A stretch of 59,950 nucleotides of DNA, counting the filler, from Sphacelaria rigidula (taxonomy: Eukaryota): assembly GCA_964200075.2 (NCBI GenBank). It is 5 parts of 5 records of this genome, joined end to end, with 100 filler letters (N's around TTAATTAATTAA, not from the genome) between each part and the next. Parts side by side here need not be neighbours in the genome. Positions count along the whole stretch, not along the records: positions 12,013 to 23,922 come from CAXNAA020004346.1; positions 24,023 to 35,932 come from CAXNAA020004347.1; 3 more parts are not named here. The stretch is one strand, 5' to 3'. The position numbers and the translations under genes are program-made. The notes below the pieces were generated by a model that worked only from the letters and a program-made list of their open reading frames with translations, did not search any database and had not been told where the DNA came from. The stretch's first letter is position 1. Every line of letters begins with the position of its first letter. Below, one piece after another: positions 12,390-24,792 of the stretch.

Positions 12390-13629
12390 TGTTGTTTTTC
12401 ATATGGGGTCCCATTACATAGTTATGGTATTATATCGATGTCAAAAATCTGAAATCGTGCCGCCCCGTACCCGGGTTTCGATGAGTATATACCGTGTACC
12501 TTCTTATTTTCCAGCGGTAGATATGCGAAAGCGCAGAAAAACCGGGGTGGTATTGAAAAATCCCCGCGTCAAAGTCTTTCTACGATACCCCCCCCCCCCC
12601 TGAAACCAAACATCAGGCACTGCATGACCGTTTTCTTCGTAACACTTTTTGCGCTGGTTTTGGGGGGAGGGGGGGGGGGCGTACTCATTCGACCAAGGCA
12701 ATCAACAAACCGCAGTAGTACGCCCCTTCTCCCAAAAAAACAGCAAAAGCGTCGCGGAGAAAACGGTCATACAGCGCCTGATGTTTGGTTCCAGGTAGCA
12801 TGAACCGCCTCATATGGGCGACATTGGCGGAAACGAATAACCCAAGCGTGGAAATTCCCAGCTGCTGCTCGTTTTGCTCGGCTTTATTCGCTTCGATTTT
12901 TTTGCTCTTGTATATATATTTTTTTTTGAATCGATCGAATTTCTTTCTCCGCTTTTGTTCCTAGGAATGATCGTGACGGTAGAGTAGCAATTTTCTCCCC
13001 AACCCGGCTCCCCAAATCAGAAATTAGTTCATGAATGAAAAATCGTTGGCTGATCTTGGTATTTAAAATCGTACTCGGGTATTGACGGGGCTCAGTCCCA
13101 AGGAGATGGCCTAGCGTGCTCAGCATCTATTTTGACTCAAATCAGCGCCGATTTGAGCTCGCTGCCAACACACTTTGCCTCGGACACTGTATGTACTCCC
13201 CTCGCCCATGGGTTCTCGGTCTGCCCTGGATTGAGGACAGGGTGGACATCATGTGGAATTACAAAATGGCTCGACAAAAAAAGCGGCAGTGTATGCCCAA
13301 CTACGAATTTGGAGCTTGGGGTTATGGAATTGGGCAGAACCCACCTCGGGTTTGGGATGAGCTTTCTCCAGTTGGGGAGAAACTCGCTCGGGTTGGGGCG
13401 AAGCTCCCTTGATATCACGATACCAGTACTACTGTAGTAGTTATTATTATTAGTTTCCGCGCCGTTATGGCGCTGCTGGGATGACACTGCGTGTGTGTGG
13501 TGAGACGTGGAGTATAGGACGTGGACCTGACACCGTGTGTTCTACAAAACTGCCGTTTTGCCCTTTTCGCAGGTGAAATAATGAGGGGGTACAGTGGCCG
13601 GAAGGTTTCCGAAAATACCCCCATCGTAA

Positions 13630-13848
13630 CCCTTCAGCCGCAACCTGATGAATCGGCATAATTTTGACTCGAGAAAAGAACTGAAGATCTGATTACCCAC
13701 CCTGACGATCGAGGGTTAACGCTGAAAGACTTTCGACCGCCGGGGTAAGTCACCTACTGTGGATCGGTATTCTTTCTGCTTGAAAAAATGACTGTATATA
13801 TATGGGAAGATCGAGATTATTCACTCTGTCTGGAGGTCAGAAGGTTTA
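13630..13848 (+). mobile_element. Two adjacent degenerate piggyBac-type MITEs
   Basis: GTAA-CCCTTCAG...GAGGG-TTAA with core TGAATCGGCAT at 13649, followed by a more decayed copy ending AAGGTTTAA. Another decayed copy lies at ~14407-14511. Confidence 0.6.
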
Positions 13849-15427
13849 AAACGACTCCTAGATGCGAGCGTCACCTACCTGTTGTTGTTTCTCGTGTGTC
13901 AGGTTGGTATCTTGGCATCACGTAACAGTAGGGTTGAACTTTTACATCCATATCAACAACAACAACGGTGAAATGCCATGAAAGATCACCCAGGATTAAT
14001 GACAAAGCGCGAGTGAGTAAAGCGGCCTCCTCTGTATCGTCGTGCTCACTGGTTAATGTTGCTGGTGGTCGTGCCGTACCGCACATCGTCACGACCACGA
14101 TGCGACGTGGAAAAGGCAGACATGTATAACTGCGCGAAGACCAAGGCGGAGCTTGTAACAACCAAGCACGTGCGTACATGAATGCATGCACGCGTGGGCG
14201 GGATCGGGGGGGGCGGATGGTGAACGGCGGTTATTATTTTTCGTGAGGACATAAGGGGTAGGAATTGTCCTAAACGATCGAGAGGGCAATCAAACGAACG
14301 GGTGCGCGGATGAGGGGGGGGAGGCGTGTACTCATGATCATGCATGGATGGGGGGGGGGTGATAATGATGCCGACTTAACAGATTGCCTGCCCTGGCGTC
14401 AAAGAGTTAACCATTCCATCGCCAGGGTAGTTGGTCATTTGTTGGATTTGCATCAATTTCGTTGAAAATGACCGCAAAACCCGGATCGTCCACCCTCGCG
14501 GTCGAAGGGTAATTTGCTTTACTCCGTCGTTTTTCATACATGACAATACTTGAGTGTTCTCGTAATCTACGATTTCACTCCAGACGCGCTGTATGTTGTC
14601 GCTCAAAATAATGATACCGCTAGATAGCTCTCGAGTCGGAGGCGCTGCGGATCGTACGCACTGCATGTGTGATTGATTTCCGCTTGGCAATTGTACAGCA
14701 AGGGTAACTGTTGAATCGTCAACAACATACTACCTGAATTCTCATCTATATGGTTCAACATGCGTGTCACCGCCGAGAAAGCTGTCGTTCACTACTTTGC
14801 TTCTGGGAGAAGGGGGCGGGTACCCGACGAGAATGATCGACGAAAAGATCCGACAATCGCCAACTGCATGATATTCTGCATTCTGCACACAGGGGTGGCA
14901 GAAATGCCGCGGCTATTGAAGTCGGGGTACTTAACCACTCACTGTACTGGAACTAAGTGTTGGTTCGAAAGTCCCGTAACTCGGTCAAGCACTAGGGCTA
15001 AATCCACCTATACCGGTGTGTGTTTTTTCTCACTCCTTAGCAGCGGATACTTCGAAGAGTCTTCCTGGAAGAGTATGCCAACACTGCTGCTTGCTTAGCC
15101 CGACGAAGCGACTGGGCACGCTCACTCAAGACAACACGGTAGAGTAGGCAAATACGAACTTCTTGCGAGAGAAACGCATGGTTTCATTTTCGGTGTGCTA
15201 CACAGCCACGAACCCCACGTGATTTGAAGGGCATCGCAAACCTGCGCTGCATGGATGGATGCGCAAACGCTAATTCACTCCCTCCGCCGTCGTCTGTTGT
15301 CGCCGATGGTTGACTCGGATTACTGTCGTGTAACTGTCGTGCAACGTACGACCGTCGGGAGCACAACATGACTATCGCACCGACAGACCGATCGGCGGTC
15401 GAGACAACACTACGTAGCGATAATTAC

Positions 15428-18400
15428 CAAATACTGTCAACCTGCAGTTTCATCCCCCAGTGTAGTTTACAGTCAAATAGCCGCATGATACTCGCTTTCG
15501 AAAGCATTTCAAAAACTACGCCGATTAGATGCGCGATGTTGCCGTGGTATTTCGTCGGCGATGAGGGTTCAAAGTCGGGATACTGTAACTGCGATGCACC
15601 CTATACGCTTGCAGCACAAACTGGCAATGACACGGACGGGCAGCCATATTGGATGCACACCCCGAACAGAGCAAACACTTAGCTTGCGGGATGGTCATTT
15701 GTTCACCACCCAGAATTGGGGCCCGGTGACCTGTTATTTGGGCCGAAACGGGATCGAATTTCCAGCGGAAAGGCAGCAAAGAATGGACTGCTGCGCTGGT
15801 TTTTTAACACCCGCCCGTAGCTATTGTACGAAGTAGCTTTTCTTCCTTGATTTTCGTTGTCTCTTGTCTTGTCTTGGTCACTTGGGCGGTGAAGAAACCT
15901 AGAACCAATACGGTATTTGGGGACGAAGCGGGGGAAACATCTGCACATGGCACGTGCAGTTACAGTGCTGAGATGAATGAGAGGGGTGCGTGGGAGGGGA
16001 AATGTGTCTCCTTTTTCAGCAGTCGCTGTTAGATGCAAGACCAACACACGTATACTACAGGTAACTCCCACGCACGGTAAGTGCGGGAGATTGCCGTCAA
16101 CACAGTTCAGAATGTTGGAGGGCATCTCTGCTGTCTGACAGTCCCGTGACGAAGTTTCATTAAGTGTGGAGGCGTTCGTGTTTTGCTTTTAGTGCGCATA
16201 CCCTTGAGTTTGGTCAACTACTGTAGCGCAACATTATGCCCTCATCAATTCACGTGCGAAAGGGATGTACCTGGGCTCCACTTTGCGCGCCAGAAATGCT
16301 GCTCGTGTGGTTGGAAGCAATGCATTACTGAATAACGGAAATGTAGCGGGAGGCTAGATGCTGATATAGTGGGTACTCGTAAATAGGGGGCGGTTGGTTG
16401 AAGTTGTTCTGTAAGTGCACTTGCTACTGTTGTTGTGCTGCACACCCGGTCGATATTGGGTGTGCACGAAATCCTTCAATAGTCAGTCGAGCAAATCCGG
16501 AAAGGGCGGATTAGCAACACTCGTATGTAACGGTAGCTCGTGCACGACGACACGGGCGGCGTGCATATTCGCTTCCACATCATCGCCGCAACAGCGAAAG
16601 TTTGTGGGAGTTTGACACCCTCTCACCTTTATCCTCGTCGTCGTCGTCCACGACAGTTAGGGACAGGTGCTACCGCTGATCTGAGGGTCACCTAGCGGGT
16701 GCTAGAACGTTCTTCATTTTCCTTGACGACCTGCGGAACACGTCATCGATCGTTCTCTCAATGCGATCACTGGTGATGCCGGTCTCGATCAAGCAGAGGA
16801 ACTTTTATTGGACTATTCCAGCCGTCGTACGAAAACACCCATCCACGTCATCTGGGAGGATTTTTATCACTTGTCTATACTATAGCCATCGTGCCACTGT
16901 TGACCACGAGCCCAGCCCAACCCACCCCACACCCCTAAACCCTGCTGTCAAACCCTATCCCTAACGGAAAATAGATCGTGATCCCTTGTCCGTCCTAGAG
17001 ATGATTGCAGTACCAAGGTAGGCCATATACTGACGAAACGGTTCAGCCGTCGCTATACATATTGCAGCGTGGAATCAACAACTCTGTTGATCAAGGCATC
17101 CCCCAGCCTACAACATAGCCTGAAATGTGCCACGTGTTTGATATTACTGTTGTTGTATCACAGAGCTGGATATAAGGTGAAGGGCATACACACGACTGGC
17201 ACAATGGCGAGGCTCATCGTTGTAGCAAACCACAGACTTGCCCTAGATTCCATGATGTGCTGTATCACATAGTTATTGCTGCGTATCCCTGCATACGGTG
17301 ATGGAGGAGGGACAGCTGTAATACTGTTCGGTTCAGCTAGCTGCTGTTCAGCTTGTTTCAGCATGATGAGTGATGAGGCAAAATGACCCAGTTCGCCTCA
17401 AAGAAATGCTACTGCATGTTTGCCTCTGGGGGAACTACCGCACGGACAGCTGTACTCTATCCACAACCCAAAGTTTCACAGGCAAAAATATACGTACGTG
17501 CATCATCACTTATTGCGGGAGTGCCCGAATCGCTCCCAACTCACTCTAAATCAAGAGCGCGGCGTTTGGATTTTGACTCTTGCTGATGGGAACTTCCGAA
17601 AATCCCAGATCTACCGCATCCATTTTTGGTCTCTTGTTCGATTTCAAATATTTAAAAAGTATCACCAACCAACGTTGCTGGGAGGACAAATGGCGATGCG
17701 GCAACTCGACCTCGCCCAGTTCTCAAGCATTTGAGCTTCCGTGATTCAAGCATTACTGTACTACGTGGATTATTTTGCTGCAAAGAGGACATGACACCAG
17801 CTCCTACACGAAACTGTTTCACAGTTGACAAACATCCGATTTCCTCCGACACTCTACTGTTGTCACACACGTCCCACTATTTTTCGTTACATGTGATGGA
17901 AGACTGCCCGTATCTTGGTCTTCCTCAGACGACCAGGACACCACGCACCTGTTTTGTTCCCCCAGTGCTCCACCAGATGCCTGGTAGCAAATAGCGAAGG
18001 TCCCTCGGGATGAGCAGGTGCATAAGATGACTTCTGATCCTGAGGAAATCGGTGTGTTGGATTGAGGATCGTAATTATACGAGAAACAGTCGGCAGTGTT
18101 GTAGGCACTGGGACGGCTCATCCGAAAGCAGCACAGGTCACGATTCGCAAAAAACGGTGTACTATTTCCTACTTCACTTTGGTTAACACCGGTTACATGT
18201 GGTCATCCCCGAGTCTTGCCAATTTACAGTCCAACGCTGGTGGCTGGCTGCTCGAGCGCCCTACGCCAACAGGCTTATATATGAAAGCTATGAGTCATGA
18301 TCGTGTGTGTGCCGCCACTACTGCTGTTATTTCTGCGTGAAATGTTCTGTAGATCTACAGCGAGAGCGTGCTGTTGTTGTTTTCATCCCAGCCGCCGCCG

Positions 18401-19624
18401 AGGCTCACGTCCACATGGTGACAAAAGATACAGTGTAGTACACGATACGGTTTACTTGATGAAACGACAGTGGATAGGGCTCACGTACACTGTCCTGTGC
18501 AAGTATGGCACCAGAGGAAAACGCACCGACAAGCAAGGGCGTGCTGCAAGTACTGTACGTCGGTAATAGCCGATCGGTGATGGCATTCTGCTCTACATTA
18601 TGTAGCTGGTGTCTCCAGTCTCTGCACAAACGAGGTCATCTGTCCTCGCGGATTGTGCGGTGGAACTGGAAGCTGTAAAATTTCAAACGCAACACAGATC
18701 TCCATAAGACTTGATCGTGCTTAGCGTTTGACATGGTGAAGGCCATAACCTATTCCAAGCAGGGTGCCGAGTTGCTCGCCATTGGGAAGTGCATACAGGC
18801 ACGCCCTAACAATTTTCGTAGTGGCTTGTGTTCTCGCACCAGTCTACAGGTTTCACGACTCCACCATCCCTACCAGCAACAACATTTATCTGCCGTATCG
18901 ACAAAATGACGACGAATGAATGAAAGGCAGCGAGAGGCGCCGAGTTTCGCTCAGGCAGGTACCTCATGGTATCGAACGCCATCACAAAGGAGGGGCGGCG
19001 GCAACAAAACAAATCCCTCAATTGATTTCGACGGAGAGAAAGTGAAGCTGGCCCTCATATCACAATTAACAGTATGCATACCAGAAAATTTTCGGCTGTG
19101 CTATTTACGTGTATATGTAGCGTGGCGAAAGCACAGGGCAAGAACATTCGGTCAACAACAGGTTGCAGGCATTTTCATCGGGGCTCACTTTCATACGCCA
19201 TGCAAATAAAGGTGCACGCCCTTGCTCCTGAATATGCCAGAGCTCGATCGTGTCATAGCAGCCCTTTGCCAAGCCTTCAGCCCTCGCGCAGTGAACTGCA
19301 ACTTGGTGCCACTTACTCTTGTTCCCTTTGCTCTGTAGCTTGAATAAATCCGTAAACGTTGGAGTGTTAATATCTACGATGCGCCCCCCACCGTCACGAT
19401 CGCCAGTTGTCTCGATTTTTGATGGATAGCTATTGTCGACGTCTCAGAATTGTGAAATAGGGAGCTTGCCGAGGAAGTGGGGGGTGGGAGAGCGTCGGAT
19501 ATGTGTAGGGGCAGTATTCCCAGCGCACGGTGAGTGGTAAATAGATTTGTGGAAGCGAAAATAGTGATCCCGTAACTGAAGTGTTAGTTACGTGTGTGTT
19601 TCGGGTGGCAAAGAGGCGTGGGGG

Positions 19625-19656
<32 letters not shown>

Positions 19657-21268
19657 GGGGGCGGGGTGAATATATTATCCAACGGCGGTGAATGAAAAAA
19701 CGTGCGGGTAGAAAATCGCACCAATACAAAAAATCTTCCCGGGCTTACCACAAGCCATAACCGGAGAAAATAGAGTATCATAACAAGAGCGTTGGCTGTG
19801 GTACGCCCAGACACCACGATTATACTATTCCGAAACAATCAAGTTTCGCTCACCAGGATGGACGGCCGAGATCATCTCAGAACACTTCATACATGTCGGC
19901 GACATACTCTCCGTTCAGCACGTGTGCTGAATTCGGCATTTTTTCCACGCCGCTTGACGCTGATGTTGGGTCGAGAAACAGCGCCGTCAGTGGTAAAGTC
20001 ATTCCATCGGAGTGCTCTCTCCCATCGAGCCTGTCCGTAAATGACAAACTTGAAATTTGTAACACCTAAAGCCTTGGCAGTCTTTTTCTTGCCATATACT
20101 TGACGGTCGACGAGGGAAAGGAACTGCTGAACCCCTCTCGCGATAAAAAAATGAAGGCAAGCACCGCAGAAGGAAGGTGAAGAACAAAAACAAACAAAAA
20201 AAGAAAAAAATCCTGTGCTGGCCTTCCTCCTATGTGACCCCGGCTGGTGCGCCCCAATATACCGAAAGGTGTAGACCAGCGTCAAGGATAGATGGGCTGA
20301 CAACACACAGCACACATAGTACTATCTATTGCCCAGCATTTATTTTAGAAACATCGCAAGGTTTGCGTCAAAACGCCGTCCTCACCCACTTCTTCAGTTG
20401 ATCGGTAGCTGTACACACATTCGTACGCGCATGTCATGAACGAAAGTGTAGCATACAGGGCTGATGCAAAAGTAAGTAAAGCTTGTCGTGTGCAGCACAG
20501 AGAGGAAGACCGAAAAGGCAAGTCCCCAAAACAACTGGCCCGGCAAAAAAACGTGATCACTCGAGTGAAGTGTCGAATTTTCCTGTGTGGACTGCGCCAT
20601 TTCTTCTGCAGACACTCACATCTCTTCATGTCGATTACTGAAATATTCTTTTTGCGGGGGCATACGGTGGAGCGGGGGATCGGCCGTGCGGTCGGTGCCA
20701 GGAAAATGCCAAGAGCATGAAAAAGAAGGAAATGGAATGTGGAAAACATGTGTCCCTCATCGGCCGTGCTGTTGCCTTGCTAAGCTGCGCCGTCCAGATC
20801 GACCGTCATCACGATGATGGAGAGTCCATGGTCGATGTAGGCATTGCTAAGGGTAAAAAATACGTGGCCGGTGTACTGGATAAACAGAGGAAGCCTTCGT
20901 GGGAAAGCAAGTGGGGGCGTTGTTGCCGTAATTCCCCTCGTCACTGAAAATTCACGCTCGCTTTAAATTGGCGTAGCAATTTCATCACGTTGCGCGGGCC
21001 AGCCGCCGCCCATCACGGTGAGACGCGTGGACGTTCATGCCCGCAACGTTCGTGTTGGGTGAAAAACGCAACGAGCAAACAGGGGTCCAGCGTGTAGGTA
21101 TACTTACCAATGAAATGATGGAGCTATGCGCAATGAACAGCAAGTTCGCACTCAACATCATCCCAAGGACGTCACGGAGAGACTGTACGAGTAGCGGCCT
21201 TCTGTGTACAAAGCAAGGTTGGATCCAGGTCCAAGCCTTCTTCCATCATCTTGCTCGCCATTCACGGA
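15428..21268 (-). pseudogene. Possible decayed multi-exon membrane-protein gene (DUF3533/SNG1-like)
   Basis: Exon-like blocks with good splice sites at 21268-21108, from 20875, 20030-19854 and 18672-18527, plus coding-like segments at ~17364-17158 and ~15560-15428. The first two join in frame as ...LLFIAHSSIISL|YTGHVFFTLSNAYIDHGLSIVVMTVDLDG. In-frame stops occur in most blocks. Confidence 0.3.
20102..20317 (+). mobile_element. 5'-truncated SINE, type 1
   Basis: Matches the 3' half of 49294-49647 (GCAGAAGGAAGGTGA...TGTGACCCCGGCTGGTG...GACAACACAC). Confidence 0.8.
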
Positions 21269-23463
21269 CTGCAGTATATCTAGATGTAATGGAGTTAGTG
21301 TCCGATCGATAGTTCAGCCCGATTTCATCGCACCTAACCCGAAAAGTTGAGCCTGAGCTCCTTGCCTAACGTGTTTCCTACCGCCCGACCCCTACGATGT
21401 GAGTGATGACCGATGATGACGGTAAGCGATAACTGGGGGGAGGAGGGGGCGCGTTGGTATACTGTTTTAAACACCAATTTTAATGCAGTGGAGTAGAGGG
21501 CGAGGTGGGACGGACGATCAATAATAGCAAAACGCCCATCGCCATGGGAAACTGTAACAGATGGATAGTCACCTTATATTTTTTCTCTGCTCAAGATGGC
21601 AGCACTCGTGGGCATGCTTCCAACAAAATGCAACAGGAAGGGATGGCCCTCTGTCTCTCTGTGCGCATGTCTTTTCCACGCGAACATAAATACAAGAACG
21701 ACAAATATACGTCGTATAGATGGCCCGAGGGATATACATATCGAGGCGCATGTTGCAACGTCCGGTGTGTTGATGGAATCGCCATGCGCATACAAGTTGT
21801 TGGGTTCATCGCGCGCACATCGGACAAGACAACCTCACGACAGCGCCGTGGTGCGCTGTCGACACCTGTCCGACCCCACCCGAAGGACGGGCGTTGCAAT
21901 ATCTGCCGGGAGGTGCCCGTTTGGCCATCTGTGCAACCAACCACCGTCTTGGTGCCTACGAAAATACCCACCACCTGCACAGTTAAGAGTACGCTGAAAC
22001 GCTCGCTATGAGAACCAGCAGATGGTACACGTTGAGCGGGGTAGAACAGTAACTGTCTGTGTCCTGGTACGGGGCGAAGTGCGACTGATAGAACACGTAT
22101 GTGAACGAAATGTACATGAACATGAGTGCCATCCCGAGCCTCTCTGCAGCCGAGCCCGCCATCTCAGCAGACAGCACACGATGTACAGCACGGGGTGAAA
22201 GCCACCGTGCTACTATCGTGTCGCGCTTTGTTCCAGGCGCAGCGGCGCAGCACTTGTGTCGGGCATACGCGCACGCAACAACTCAAACAGCAGCGAATCC
22301 AAACCGCTGCACGGTTCAGTCACCTCACATCATACGTACGGAGATCGACTCGGGGGAAGAAAAAGCCCGTAAAACTTCGAATTTTTTCTCGGTCTCTAAT
22401 GGTCTGGAAATATGGAGAGGGCTACCAACCATCGCGTGGCATCATGTGGGGGATAATGAAACCACCGCATAGAACATAGAGCGTGCATGCTAAGGTTCAA
22501 AAGTTCAACATGTCAAGGAGGGGCGCGAGTGCAGAGAACAAAAAAATGTAACCGTTCAGGAAAAGTATCCGAGCGGTTCGTTGCTGCGCGACTTTCGGCA
22601 TAGATAGGGGGTGCTCGTCAGAGCAACGGCCTAACTAGTGCGCGCGCCCTCGGGCGAAGAGCACGAATTCGTGTCTCAAGGCCAGCAGTAGAAAGAGGCA
22701 TTGAGGCTGAAAACATACAGGTAAAAGCCCGCGGGCGGGGAAAAGTCACCGCCAAAACCATCGTGACGCGGCGGGGAAGGAACTGTGCTTTGCAGTACAG
22801 TCCACGTTGAACCCTCACGAAGAAGGCCAAACCCATGATGGGTCGTCACAACGATGCATCCATCCGCAGATGAGGAAGACAAGAGGCACACAAGATTCGA
22901 AACAGAATGAAGATGGTATTAACTTTTCGGGTACCAACGACCAGACGCCGCCGTCAGCACATCTGTGCGTCTAAATGCTAGGCAAAGCTAGCTGCCGTCA
23001 AGTGCGTCGACACACATGAAGGCACACACCACCCGCATACCCCGTCCCAGTCTCCAAGCAACGAAACGAACACAAAAGATAAAACGAAAAAAACACGCGA
23101 GACAAATAACGATTATTACTATCGAACACTCAATGTAGCACCTATTTGAAGCCATGCTGTAACATATCATACGAAAGTACTTCAGCATGCCGCTGTTATG
23201 CCCCCGTAGTGGCGAGATGCTACTACATGTTTCGACATCGTCAATCCAGGCACAAACAAATGAACACCCCACGACGCATCGGCGCAGAAAACAGCGACAA
23301 CTGTTTTCTGTCCTGTCATGTTTTTTCTACTGCCCTTCTCTACGTTCTACAGCGCTAGTGAATGCACCACAAACACAAAGACCATATCTCCTCTTTTACA
23401 GGATAGTCAAGGGTACGAGAGAAACGCAAATAAATAGCGAGCAGATCACCGTCTTGTACGAGT

Positions 23464-23497
<34 letters not shown>

Positions 23498-23699
23498 ACC
23501 CCCCCCCCCCCCAACACCCAAACAACAAACCCCCCCCCACNNNNNNNNNNAAAGACAAAAGCGAAAAAAAAACAAAAAAAAAAAAAGAAGACCATCCCCT
23601 TTTTTAACAATTCCCCCCCCCCCCCCCCCCTCGACCTCCCTCTCAACTGTACATAGCAAAAAGCACAAAATCAACACCACACGATGCAAGTACCAGGTA

Positions 23700-23868
23700 C
23701 CCCCCGCGCGCGACAAGTGTGATCGCTTCGCGCTTGGTGATTGATTGCGAGCCTGGTCCGGCGAAATACCGGCGTGTTCCGTTCCGGCTTTGTAGGGATG
23801 CGAGGTCAATGGCCATATAGCTACGGTATGCAAGATCATGAGTACACCCCCCCCCCCCCCCCCCCCCC
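23700..23868 (+). mobile_element. Retroelement 3' end abutting poly-C
   Basis: Ends AGGGATGCGAGGTCAATGGCC...ATGAGTACA followed by a C22 run, similar to 49040-49097. An internal part recurs at ~35442-35490. Confidence 0.55.
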
Positions 23869-23922
23869 AAAAAAATAAAAAAAAAAAAAAAAACAACAAC
23901 ACACAAACCACCACACAAACAA

Positions 23923-24022
23923 NNNNNNNNNNNNNNNNNNNNNNNNNNNNNNNNNNNNNNNNNNNNTTAATTAATTAANNNNNNNNNNNNNNNNNNNNNN
24001 NNNNNNNNNNNNNNNNNNNNNN
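23923..24022. other. Artificial contig spacer
   Basis: 44 N + TTAATTAATTAA + 44 N. Confidence 0.98.
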
Positions 24023-24454
24023 ATTCACTGATTGACCGCTTTTCACTCTCAATCGTATCATCTACTCTCAATCTCACGAAAACACTGTTCATAGCGTAAA
24101 CGTAACGTGAACGTGATTTTTTTCCCGTCATGAACGTAACGTAAAATTTTGTTGACATAACATGCGTAACGTAACGTGAACGTTGAATTGCCCGAACGTT
24201 CAAAACCCGTGATACGAAACGTTCTTTTTCTTTTCTCGTGATGAACGTAACGTTAAATTGTTTTTACGTGATGAACGTAACGTTAAATTGTTTTTACGTG
24301 ATGAAAGTAACGTTAAATTACTTTCACGTGATGAACGTAACGCTAAATTTCGAATGAAACGTGTACGTAACATTTTTTTCACGTGACATACGTTACGTAA
24401 CGTGAACGTTAATTTTTCTTACGTATGAACGTGACGTGAGCGTGTATATCCCTG
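24023..24454. mobile_element. Terminus of a probable hAT-type DNA transposon with subterminal repeats
   Basis: Dense AACGT(A/G)ACGT motifs and a 30-bp tandem (~3.8 copies, 24237-24349). Ends ...TATATCCCTG, which is CAGGG on the other strand. The other end is cut off by the contig edge. Confidence 0.55.
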
Positions 24455-24676
24455 AGAATAATAGATTGCCGTGTGTCCAGGGTGCTTCTAATTTCATTTC
24501 ATTTCGGTGTTTGTGACGTTGCGGTCTTGGATTGCGGCGGTTAAACCGGAGCGGTCTCGGCTGGGCCCTTGTTAGAATTGGATTTAAAATGAAGGTTTGC
24601 CGCACGCATGCGGGGTATGATGACGTGTGGTTGAATGGACGCGTAAAGTTATACTGAAGCATCAATCGTGTTCGTG

Positions 24677-24792
24677 TTATTGCTGTCGCCCTACATTCGC
24701 AAGGGCCCGCAGTAAGCCGGCGCTGAGACCCGAGCTGATTCCCGGCAAATTCCCGCTTGGTCGCCCCGCGCTAGTCCCAGCCACCGCCATTC
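24677..24792 (-). CDS. infC: IF3 gene terminal coding exon
   Basis: aaaccag|GA ATG...CAA TAA encodes GMAVAGTSAGRPSGNLPGISSGLSAGLLRALANVGRQQ*. Confidence 0.55.

Noticed and set aside
13645-13680. Hammerhead-like CTGATGA...GAAA in the MITE core (also ~5174)
   Set aside because: No proper stem II closing pair or stem III/cleavage triplet, and most copies read CTGTTGA or lack the motif.
23465-23922. Poly-Pro/poly-Gly ORFs and A/C-only sequence (also 48042-48115)
   Set aside because: Typical low-quality sequence next to long homopolymers at gap edges.
24237-24349. 30-bp repeats resembling a CRISPR array
   Set aside because: Units are directly tandem with no unique spacers, there are no cas genes, and the context is eukaryotic.
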